DNA of 64,000 bases, taken from the NCBI GenBank assembly GCA_040954595.2, contig CM082583.2, positions 5,826,849 to 5,890,848 on the forward strand, given 5' to 3'. Made by a program: the position numbers and the translations under genes. Source of the stretch: Balanoglossus misakiensis (lineage: Eukaryota > Animalia > Hemichordata). The notes below the pieces were generated by a model. The model made no database searches and was not told where the DNA came from. It was given only the letters and a program-made list of their open reading frames with translations. Below are positions 14,901 to 27,057 of the stretch, in pieces (position 1 is the first letter of the stretch; every line of letters begins with the position of its first letter).

Positions 14901-16475
14901 GCAAGCGCAATGCCCGCCTGTGAACGAAATTCGCTCAATTTTAGTCAGGGTACCCAACGGGCGTCCCTAAAACATTCAATCGTCAATCATAAATTCGGTC
15001 TTTGTCTTCCTATAATGCCATTTACCTGAAATCGACATTTAAATACCCCCCCCCCCATTTTTGTACGTGCATGTAGACTTTATATTTGAAATAACAGATA
15101 AGAATTCAACCTCACCGCATCGTCAGCTCAACGAGACTACACCAATATGCATATGCCACGTCCCCTTTACCATCACAATTCCAATTTCACCAGCCTGTAT
15201 GTGGTGTGCACTTTTGGTGCCTCGAAATGCATTTCGCTCATATTATTTGCTGAACAAATGCAGTGGTTTATCTCCCCGGCAACTGATCTGAAATCTCGTA
15301 TACCTAACCTGTATTATACATCGTTTTGTGTGGCGACTACAACGTTTAATTTCGGCTGCAAAGGGTTCAGTTTGCTTTTGGACAAATAATACTCAATCCA
15401 TGCAGTTCCTTTCCCGGATATCATATTGCAGCGTCTTCTGAAATCATTATGATATTTTCCCCTCTCATTTGGTTTTCACAACTGGCAAGGAACCGCGCTA
15501 CTTGACTTCGATTAAGACCATTGATTGGAAGGTCTAATATTTTTTGTCTCAAATGAAACTCTTGCGAGGCGTGGGCGGCGTCTCGTTCACAATTGAATCC
15601 ACCGATAATATTTCAGCAGGGTCTGGTACGGCAGACTGGCAACTCATCAAGCTGGCGGGTATCTCGTGTCGTTATTTGAACCCAACATACTTGACATATT
15701 CCGGTTAGCGCTGCATATCCATGCAATTTTCTTCTTCGAGTTGCAGACTCAAGGTAGCTTGTGGGGTTCGGGTGGGCATTTCATTCCAAATTCCGAATGA
15801 AAAAACACGAAGAATTCATCTGCAAGTCTACTAAATATTTTCATAGATACTGAACGTTCTAAAAACTATAATTATATTTTTCCACCCTTTTCTGCGAAAA
15901 ACAACCAAAAGACTGTTCCCAGTACTACACATTTTGTCGAAACGGGAAAAGAATTATAGAAAGAGGTGTCCATTGACCAAAATATTGTAATTGAAATACG
16001 TTGTCAAGAACCCCACAAGCTCACCTTAAGGACTTGCATATTTCTGACCTGCTCACTGCAATGTTATCGCAGGCGGCATCTCCAGACTCGAATACCGGAT
16101 CTAATTTAGTTGGGCAAACTTTAATTACGTACTTTTTTCCCTCTCTTTCCTTGCCATCCCACGAGTGGGTTGGTGGCCGCATGTGTGTCGCCGCGAGAGC
16201 TCTTACGCGGCTTCGTCTCAGAATTGATGAAGAAAGGCTCGTATGGAGTATCCCGGCTTCGGAGTCTGCCGGATAACTTCTTTTTATGAGGCCAGAATGT
16301 CGACATTACATGAACGCTATTGAAATCTCTCTCTGCAATCAATGGTATCCGAACAATACTGGCTCCTTGGTATGAGCTATTACGCCCAGGAATCCCCTTG
16401 AGATAAATGAAAGAAAATTTCTTCGGATTGATTTGAACGTGATTGTACTACCGCCGCAAAATATCGACATTTTAA

Positions 16476-17012
16476 GGTAATACGCGCCTCGAGGACAGAT
16501 TTTCAAAAAAGAAATCATAGTCCTCCAAACCTTTCAATTCTTTGCCATATTAAAGTGCGTGAGGAGCCTTTATGAAACAAAGAAGAAAACGTGATGTATG
16601 TTCACTGTCTGGTTTCCATATAAATCAATACTTTAACTTTTCTCTGTAGAGCCAACTCAGAGAACGGCGGCCATTTTGAATTTCAAATTTTAGACAATTT
16701 TGCTCTCCCATTTCAGTTGAAATTTCGCACAGTGACCCATAACTGTCATTCTCAATTTGAAGAGGGGATATGAAGTTGCTTGAGCGAAATGAACATTTTG
16801 AACTCGATGAGACGGCCATATTGTCTCTAACTCGAAATTTAATCTGGAGAAAAAAATCAAGTAAATTGGTTTAAACAAGATGGCTGACACCGCCCTTTCT
16901 TCCTTGGTTTCAAATGTATTCCCCCTCTCACACTTAAATGCAGACAAGACTTGAACGGTATCGAGGACTATCATCTTTCTGAAAATCGGCCGTCCCCGAG
17001 GAGAGCTCTACA
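16476..17012. mobile_element. Non-autonomous DNA transposon (MITE), TTAA-flanked, Kolobok-like, degenerate
   Basis: Left end: TTAA|ggtaatacgcgcctcgaggacagattttcaaaaaagaaatcatagtcctccaaacctttcaa. Right end reverse-complemented: TTAA|tgtagagctctcctcggggacggccgattttcagaaaagatgatagtcctcgataccgttcaa. TTAA is at 16472-16475 and 17013-17016. No ORF with recognisable motifs. Superfamily inferred from the TTAA TSD and the GG left terminus. Confidence 0.75.
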
Positions 17013-20000
17013 TTAATGAGATACATTGAATTCTTTTAATAGCCTTCTATTTCTTGTCCTGGTCTCAAGATCATTCGGATAGTTTCCTTCTAGTGCATGT
17101 CTGCGCGTGTAACCAAAGAAATATATCTATGGGGTCTCGCTCGAGCGAGTAAGGTGCTACGAATGGTCGATTAAAAGTTACGATTAAGAAGATTACCGAT
17201 ATTATTCACATCCGTGATGACAGGTCATCAGAAGACTCCATAACCCGAGCATAAATTAACGTTTGACGTCGGTAAATGTTTGAAGTTAGATTATAAGTTT
17301 TAAAGAAGCAGTGCGTGTGAACAATAAATTCGTCTGTATATCGAAACGAACCGCGTTAAAATGTCGTTAATTTCTAGCACGTTATCATATAATGAGACAA
17401 TATTAAAACGTTGTTCTGAAGCCATCACACCGAAGGCAGGTGAAGAAATTTAACACGTTTTGAAAAATTGATATCAATCGGCCACTCTTAGTGTGTATAC
17501 AATGTAGTTGAATGAATTCAACGTAGAAAAGGATGGTGTGGTAAACAGAATGATTTAAGTTATACATGTATTTTTTCCGCCTGTGCTAAAACTTCATTTT
17601 AACCGAAATTGCACAAAAAGTGCAGTTAACAAGGTGAACAAAGCGTGTCGAGTTCAGACTGACTACAGAAGAAACATGGTAGACTGTCCGTCACCTGTCC
17701 AGCAGCACGGCATTTGAAAAGCGACGGCTTAAAGGCACAGTTATTGAGTAAACTACAATTATCCTCTCAATTAGCGATTCAGTAACCGTGGTAACGCCCG
17801 CGCATGCTGGGGGAATGACCCCAACTATTGGCAGCAATGACGGAGCCAGAGCTGCGTACAAGCTAATGCAACTGCCCCGCATACAGCGACCACGATGTCA
17901 TTATCCTCCGCCTTTTTTTTCTGCTGCGTCTAATAAAATATTGTGAAAGACAGAAGCACAGTACCTTTTAACTGAAATCCGCCAGTCGTCAATGCACGAA
18001 AGTAAATAAGTCACTGCGAAAATAGAAAATAGAATTTGTAAGACTTAGATAAATAGACACATAGATACATAGATACATTACATATAGATACATACATAAA
18101 TGTATATAAATTAAATGTAGCTTTGATAGTAACTATACTTCGCTCTTATAGTTACGATTATAAGTTCAGTGGATTATGGTAATTCAGCTTGGTGTATGCA
18201 GCTCAGTTGACCCTTGAACCACATCTCTAGTATGTACATTTTCATTCGGTCTAGCAACGGGGATATTAAAGTCAATTGACGAGACTCTTCGTTCTCTCTC
18301 ATTTGACAATGAACGTTCATGTTGTATAGGATTTCTTTCAATACACAGCCATGCTACAGTGAAGGAAGTCTTCGGTGGGCTTTCAAGTCATGACATTTGG
18401 CGAATCCCAGTTTCTCCGAAAACTGGATTGTTAATTCAGTGTTGCCAGAACACTTCAGGAGATATGTTCTTTCGATTCGGATTTGTATATACGCCTCCGT
18501 GGTTCGTACGATACCGAGGCACACTCCAAGACGATTTCCTTGAATCGAGTTGGCTTATTTGTAAGCAGCCAATTGGTATAATATCTCCTCCCCATTCCGT
18601 TCAATTACTTCGGCTATTATTGGAGTGTTTTCATTCCATTTGACTGTCCATCTATACCCGCGTCTTTCCCCTTCACGTGTGCATTCTCAATTGCCTGCTA
18701 CAATCGCCCAAGCAGAAGCACTGAAGTAGAAAAGTGCTTTGTGGACAAATAACCGTATTTTCATCCCCTTTCGGGATAAAATTGTTGAAAAAATGTTAAC
18801 CTCAGTGATGGAGCAGCATTGAACGCGGACTAAATATGCATCAGTAATCTCCTAAAAGGTGTTAATGCACACGTGTTACCATTCTTCTGGTTACGTATAC
18901 CTTGGAAATTAATTTTCTCACTCATTCAACATCTTTCTTCGGTCTGAATGGTGATGGGCGACCACTCGCCTAATAACATCCTGTTTACATGGAAATAACC
19001 GACGCATTAGGGTCCCCCCAGAATACGCGAAAGTGTTCGAATTGCAAATGGAAAGTGAGCCTAGAGGCAAAATTTGCTAAAGGAGCATTGTGCGACAAAA
19101 CGTATCTTGTCGAAAAGTGAAATAACTCGTTGTGTAATTGTTTATTCGCCACGTGACGGTAATATGAGTCGTAATGCATTAGGCGTGTATGGGAGATATC
19201 GACCGTACATTGTATATACACGAATGTTTTCTGAAAACGCGGTTCTTTAATGATACTTCCTCGGTACATGTATGACAAGCACGGGGAAAATAAAGATACA
19301 TCGTCGCTTGCTTCTCCCCCCTCGTTTCAACGGTCCTTACAGCTAAACATATCCCGAATCCGTAAAGACTTGAAAGCGTTGACTGCACTCAACTTCAAAA
19401 GTTACTTACACACGCGCTTTCTTACACTTATTTTACCCTTATTCTTAAGTATTCAGGCAGTACTGATCAATGCGTCATTCCCCGGGTGACCTTTTCTGTT
19501 TCCATGGTAATTGGATATAGGGTTTCTCTGGTTCTTGTTAATGGCGCACATATACCCTTTTAATAATATCTACCCGAATCGAAGCACCGACTGTTGATCA
19601 TTATACGTTCTATTCCCACGTGTGGGCTTCATTTCCCTATATCCAACGCCCTGTGCTTATTTGGCGCTGCCAACGTTGACGTCAAATCTGTGACTCGCAG
19701 CTTTCTGAAACCCCCCGTGTGAAGATTAGGTACATATAGATACATTTATATAATGACTGAAAGGAAAGGAAGCTGTCCAACTGTTAATGCCAGACTCAAT
19801 CAGATTTAACCTGAGATGTAAACGATTAACGTTACTACATACATGTACACGTGGCTCTTCAAACACCACAGACGAGACACAGTACGTGTCACTCCACACT
19901 GCGACCAACTGATTGGATCTGACAATCAAGCGACACTAAAATTCACAAAGTCAACATTTCTGCAGTTAGGCTGGTCAATATCTGACAGGAAACTGCTATT

Positions 20001-20596
20001 CAGTCATGTTGAGATGTCTTGAGTCTTAAGAGAATTAGGTGATGTTGACTCCAGCTTTTGCTCGTTTTACAATCGATCACAGTACACTGTGCCCTCGAAC
20101 AGGTGGTCCAGGAGATGGGGAAATAGCCTCTGATACGATCAAACAGTATGCTGTCTGGTGAAATATCAAGTGTATAGATAAGAACCACCTTTATTTGTGT
20201 GCCTGTGTGTGTGCCTGTGTGTGTGTGTGGGGGGGGGGGGGTATTTTATCTGTTCGTGGGAAAAGAGAATCAAGCCATAATTTGAACTGCAAGAGGCGTC
20301 ACAACAAGACTTGATCTTAAGCAATGGTACTAGGTACGTGTTGCGAGATTGCCAATTATAGGTAACACAGCTACATGCATTACGTTGCCTAGTCTACATA
20401 ACGATCTGCACTGCAGGGAAATTGGGTAATTTAACCTGGAGTGCCATCAAACGAATTGCAAGAGAAAAGGGGCTCTTTCTTTTACCCTTGTCTACGGTAT
20501 GCAATACTAGAGCAGGCTACATTATTTTACAGACATTCTTGTTCTATTTATGGACATTTTCAGCTCCCGATGGTATGTTAAAGTAGCTTCCTAAAG

Positions 20597-20670
20597 TAGA
20601 TAGATAGATACATAGATAGACAGACAGACAGACGCATACACACATTTCTTATAGCTTGTCTGTCTGTCTG
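20597..20670. repeat. Compound (TAGA)n/(CAGA)n microsatellite followed by an inverted (TGTC)n tract
   Basis: tagatagatagatacatagatagacagacagacagac ... tgtctgtctgtctg. Similar TAGA tracts occur at about 11090-11110 and 18046-18097. Confidence 0.8.
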
Positions 20671-23600
20671 TAGAAGTTGTAGAAATGTAGTTTGTGGCAT
20701 TGCATTAATTCGTCACGTGACGCATGGACCAGGTTAAATCGGTATTACTTAACGGGCTATTTAGTAGTGCGCTGAGTAACCTCTAAATGGTTTTCCAAAT
20801 TACTTAATGGCCTCTCAGAGCGATGAGAACAAATACGAGCAATCACCCTTTTACGTCACAGTTTTCCGTTATGAAAGCCACTTAAACCCTACAGCATTTC
20901 CACTAATTTTTGTTTCGCCTTGATAAATTTGTTTCACTGTACTGGGGTCATTGAAATGAATCGTTATTAGCTAGAAGAATGAGCGCCGCTTGTTGCTGAA
21001 GTCGTTTCCTTGAAACAAAATTTATGTTTACGACTCACCTCTGGCAGAGAACTGATTCTTTAGATAGATAGTTGTCAGGGTTATTTGACTATCTCCGTTT
21101 GTTATCATAGATTTTTCCATTCTGTTATCAAACAGTGGTAATACTTAAAAGCAGATAAGAGTCAACGCTGAATTTCGGAATTATATTTTTAAGTCAACAA
21201 TAGTTCAACGTAAATGTGGTTACTTTACAGTGTGTATACAACTTTGACCGTCAAAAGTGTCCCTACAAAACCTGGGCATTCAAGGGATCCCTTGATATTT
21301 CCAACCCCAGGCATTTAAAGGCGAAAAAACTGGGTTGGCCGATACTGTGCCACTGGTTACTGTTTGCAAATGCCATTACCACGTGACACACCTCATTTAG
21401 CAGTCACGTTTGACCAATGCGGCGCACTTATATGTTAAGTCGTGCCGTCACCTGCATCACACCACTGTGGAAACGAATCGACGGTGAAGAAAATGAACAA
21501 TTTCATCATTCTGTATAACACACGTATTTCAAGAAAAATTAACGTGCGAACCAGGAGCCTGTGTTAAAGTGGTTCTAGTCGTATACAAGTCTCCAGGTCA
21601 ATAGAAGCAGATATGCACGAATTTGCATGTTTGATTTGCGTGTTCATGCACATCTGGGCACCAATCGCCCGTTGTCAACACCATTTGACCTTGCGCATGC
21701 CTGGAATGTCATCCTGATGCTGGGTGAAATGGCACCCTCTTTCAAACGTGACCAGGGAAGTGATCGTCCAAATTAATTACATTTTGCGACTTGAGACTAT
21801 CCCGAGATTGTTTGTTTGAGTTACGGCAACCAATGAATCCGTCTCCCCTAATCACCATTCGTTAAATCATGCGTGGAACCTCGTTGCGAAGGAACGGCCT
21901 TCGCCCGAGGTGTCATGAGCCGACGCTCGGCAGCACTGGCGACGGGCAACTAGCGTTTCCTCACAGCCAGGGGGGAAATTGGCCCAGGCTAGCAATAACA
22001 GACGTCTATAATCTCACAACGGCTCGTTCCAAACAGACGAGTCAAATTTCCGTTCGCGTCGCCCGGCATACAGATGCCAGCAGAATGGCGTGCACTCCAT
22101 AGGTTGTGAAATCACTTATAAAAACACGTCTTGATATTTGGCATGACAGGCAATCTTCCGACTTAGTAGTTGCGATCTCACCTGTGCGTCAGACAAAGCT
22201 CGGTCGATAATAGAACACGAAATCAATTCTCAATCGCGTTGATTTACGAGATAATAGGAGCGGAATGGCCTCCTACGGAGCCCCTATATATCAATCTTCG
22301 TCGAAGGAAATCGGTAAACGTTTGTTTTGATCGCTTTCCTTTCGCCAGATCCGAGCTAGACACGAGTAAAATATCGACTCATCAAGCAGAAGACAACTAA
22401 CGTGGTCTTTCTTCGTGAATGCATCGCCCAGTTCGCTCGTCATAGAGTCATCTTTCATAAACATATTTAAATACTGTTTGCCAAAGTATGAATACTCTCT
22501 GCCGGTGGGATGTCGTTTTTCTAATTTAACTAGTCTGAGCCTTGCATGGCATCCTCCGGGGACAGGTACAACATATCAATCTACTAAACAGCAGAACATT
22601 ATCCAATATCCGAATCTGATGAATTATTACGCGATTCATTTTATCGCAATCCCATGCACCACAGTTAATACATTGCCTTTAATGAGAGAAAGATCCACTG
22701 TTTACTGTTAACGCGTCGCCGAACCGCCGCACCTTGGATTGAGTGATCTCGCGGGAAATCGGCGCTTTTGTCGCGGGTAAACAGAAACGTGGTCCGCCAT
22801 CTATTATGCATATTATGAGCTGTTGAACTATAGAGTAACGCGCATCCAGCCACAATTATCCGTCAGTTTTATAATCCCCCGACAGCATGGAAGGCTGAAA
22901 TGGAAGGTGTTGCCTTTACAACAATTGGACCAGGTGGAGCAAGCTGTCAAACACCTTATCCTCACTTTAATCACGTGCGAACAGGAAAAAAAAATGAATA
23001 TTTCTGCCATGTTTAGTATGATGTGCCGTGGAAACCGCATATTAAAAAATCATCAATGGGCATGGGCATTGTCTGCAATCATCATAACGTTCTCAATTCG
23101 ATTGATCGCGTCAGTGTTATTTTCTTTCAGCATGCATGCGGCCACTTCGTGCTATACATTCGACAGGCGTCATATTTGGCTGTGTAGTCACACAAGCTAA
23201 ACTGTATTAAGAGACACTGCGTGGTTTCTAATCAACTTCAAGCGCCGCAGCGCAAAAATGCTTACTCGGTATTCAGGTACACGTACTTCAGGTAGTCATT
23301 TTGCAGAGAGACTCCGCCGCCTGTCTTGCATGCTATAGACAAATGCTTGTTTCTGCATTAAAACGCTTTCTCAGCAGGTGTCATGAGCTGGTAGCTAAGT
23401 ACAATGTTTCTCTATAAAAACGATCACTCGTTGTATTCATTTAGCTGGTCATGTAAATATGATATTCGGCCTAAAAATTGTGGGGAAAATAGATTGTATG
23501 GTCGCAACTTGGAAATCATCTTTCTTGTCATATAGCCATATTAGCTCACAAAAACGACAACCCCCCCCCAAAAAAAACGATTATGTACAGGCAATATTAA

Positions 23601-26600
23601 TAAACCTATTGAATGTAACCATAGAGTTTCCATTACAGTACACCGTTCACCTTTTCTGGGCCACAAATAAGCGCCAAACGGTCCTCTATGTTTTAAGTGT
23701 TTTGTGGTGGGTGCAGTTTTACGATGGATAATTAACCAACCAGCAAGCGAGAGTGATTCATTTTTCTTATTACTTGGGGCGGCAAGCTATGAAAATTAAG
23801 GTAAGCATATATCCAGTTTTCGCGTGCTTACCTCTGCGCGTGTGTTGCTTGGCAGCTTATAAGCCTGGGTAACATGTTTCGCAGAATTAAGAGACCTTTG
23901 ATTTGCTGTCTATACATGTAGGTGTGCGTGTTTATCGTTATGCCGTAAAAATATCCAACAGCGGTATAAAAGACGCACTTCTTGATTTTCGGCACTCCTA
24001 ATGCAAAGCGACTGAAAGTGCGAAGGCTTCAGTAAAATGTAACGGAGACCTACTGATGAAATTTGCAGACGCAGTATAGCAAACTGTGCCGTAGCACGAT
24101 AACGGACCGATTTATTCTGCCAGAGTCAATTCGGCAGGGGAATACGGCGGTGGCTATACCCATGGCAACAAGTCCGCCGAGCAGCGCAGAAGAGCAAGAG
24201 CAAATCCTAATCACGGTGACTTCAGACCGACGGAGGGCCTGAAAGATGACCTTTACTCCACGATGCTGTCATCGCGGGCATCTCCTAGGGGACGCGGAAT
24301 GGAAACCGATCGGATAATTCGAATTGTCCGTCCGCCAGTCTTTTAACTCACACCCCTGATTAACGATGGTGGGAGAATCCATTTGGAGGAGAATACTACT
24401 TATCTGCCCGCTTATTGCTTTTCAGTCTTGGAGAAAAAAAGGCAAACGCGCATTAATGTCAAATCGTAATGTGCTTGTGACTTTCTGATAGAGTGTATAA
24501 TGAGATCTGATCCAATCCCCGTGCCACCACGCTGCCTTGGACGCACGATACTCCAAAGGCGGTTCGCTTTGCTTTTTTTCCCTCTAGTCTCCATGCTCCG
24601 GGAGAATTCTAAAGAGGCCATTCGGTCGTATTATTGATGGGACGAGTGGACGTTCTTTGACCTCCACAGATAATGAAAAGCAAACTGAAAGACAGAGATT
24701 GCTGCAAGGCTCTCGGTTTGTCTTAAATCAAGTATATGAAGCCCACATATCTTATTTTGCGAATAAATTAATATCCTCGTTTTTCACTTTGGGGCAGTTT
24801 ACGAGAGGTTAAGCTTCCTTGGGCGGATGGTTTCATTTTCATGGACAGAATGCGTCATCTGGCGGCGAACTGAGGGGTACGTCGATCGATCTTGATGAAA
24901 GCCTTCAGATGGACATCCCGGTCTATATTGAGTATATTAATACAGCAAACGATGGATTGAAGCCGACTTCATTATAAGAAGTTTATATATGGGCGAGTAC
25001 TCAAGAACTCTTCTTTTGCTAGATTTGGGGTAACCGCATCAAACTCTTGAAGGAGGCTAAATTTGTTTCCATCACTCTCTCGACAGAGACAAACCTCAAT
25101 GCAAAGACATGTTCAGATCCATTTAAGTCGTGTCCGTGTCTTCGATTTTACTGTACAATATCCTATTTGCCAAGGTCAGTAAAGATTTCTCTGGTGCACT
25201 CGCTGTGATATATATTTGCCCGATACACTGCAATACACGCCCTAGTTTCCTAGGCACACACGTCACTTTGTAAAACAAATCACTGAGGGTAATGCAATTA
25301 CCGACAAGTTGGCACTTTTTTTCTCTCTCTGAAACCTGACAGGTTACAGCAATCTGCCAGCGTTCGAGAAAGCCGAAGTCGTTATTTTTTTAAGGTTTCG
25401 GGGAATGTGCCATCATTTGCTTTTCTACTGTGTAAATACGAGTGCATTTCACGATATCTTCCCGGAGGGTGCCGGCCTTTAACATTTCAACAACGCGGCG
25501 CAGAGAGTGTCTGGTGCATCAATCCTTGTTAACAAGATCGACAGCAAAATGTGACGAGGATCAATTATATTTTACGCGAAAGCATCTTTTAGGAGGTTCA
25601 CGGGTGTTGCATCCAAACCACAGTCGGGCTTTCAGAGTCGGCTATATATGTTACTCGAAGCAGACAATACAAAATGCGTAGAAAACATAATTTGATTTGG
25701 GAATTTTAGCATTTCTTACTAATGGACACGATTACCCGCGTCAGGCCACCTGGACAGGAACGAGAGTTCATTTTATACCACTGGGGATCTTAATAGCTTC
25801 AGCTGTTGTTCACTGTCCTTCAAATTGTACCAAGGCGGAGGTTTTTTTTTTCTGGCAGTAATTTTTCCCCGTCTCGCCTAGGTTTCCGGTTGATCTGAAG
25901 ACAGTGGTTCATCTTCTTTAATAAGGGTTTCCTATCTTGATTGTTGGTTCCTTACGTATGTTTGCCACCCTGAGGACCACCGACGCTAACCTCGATAGCC
26001 TCTTTATCGCGCCTGTGGCAAGACGTCTAATAACGCTGCAGTCGTCCCCCGTCAGACTCCTGCAGGAGATTAATTGCCCCCGTATTTCACTTGTGGCTTA
26101 ATTTGCTGATAAAGATGCGGAATAGACGAGTTGGATGGGTTTTTATTGCCTCAGACGATTTATTGCAGGGAGAAAATTGAACACATTCTTTTAAAGCAGT
26201 GGTTTTTTAGCTTCGGCGTAACTTGAGATAAGTCCATACGGAGACACTGCGATCTACACGAACGCTTAACAACATTACGTCTAATGATTTATCTTCTGTT
26301 TTTCTACAGTAACTCGTTGCCGATCTAAAGGATCTGCTCCGAATTTACGAGCACAACACTAGTTCTAAGTAAATGTTGCGCGAGCAAACATCAGCCAACC
26401 ATGAAGAACTGAGATATCGATGACACAAACAAACTGACTACTTGAACACTGAGAAAGACAGTCACTGACGGACTGACGGTCGACACTATAGCCACCACCG
26501 GGTTTATCACGTGAGCTAGAAACATGTGCATTCTTGTCATGAACGTAATGAGAATCATAATTATTTGCGCTGTATTAGATCAACATACCGTGTGTATAAT

Positions 26601-27005
26601 TAATGTTTGTTTTCACTTTTATATTGTGATGAGCTACTGGTGTTCCCGCTTATATGGAAACAAGCCAAAATAAACCTAACAATTAAAATTTATCTAGACC
26701 TCATATGGCGTCCTAACTTTTGACGTTCCAAAATATCTTCTACGCCATCGAATTATAAATTCCTATCTCAATTTAAACCAGTCGTTCGTTCTATTAGATG
26801 AATCCATAGACTAAAAACAAATATGGCAATTCGCATAACACAGACTTACCATATGGTAGGCACCGTCGTTTACAGCATCTTGCTCTGTCCGTACAGATGT
26901 ATGTAATTTCTGACAGATGGTGTAGATCTGACTACCTGACCCCGTGGAAAAGAAAACAGGAAAATGACCAATTAAGAACAGGGGTGCGGATGGAAAAGGT
27001 TCATT

Positions 27006-27057
27006 AGGGGGGGGGAGGGGGAGGGGGGAGAGAGGGGGAGGGAGGGAAGGAGGGAGG
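27006..27057. repeat. Polypurine G/A low-complexity tract
   Basis: About 50 nt of only G and A, with multiple G runs of 3 or more. Confidence 0.9.

Noticed and set aside
16074-16276. Weak inverted similarity (cagactcgaataccggat versus atcccggcttcggagtctg)
   Set aside because: Too short and gapped to separate from chance.
18300-18660. Possible LINE RT remnant on the minus strand (NGEEILYQLAAYK*, vaguely like NGEEI..V..YKYLG)
   Set aside because: Single weak motif with no collinear support; would need TBLASTX.
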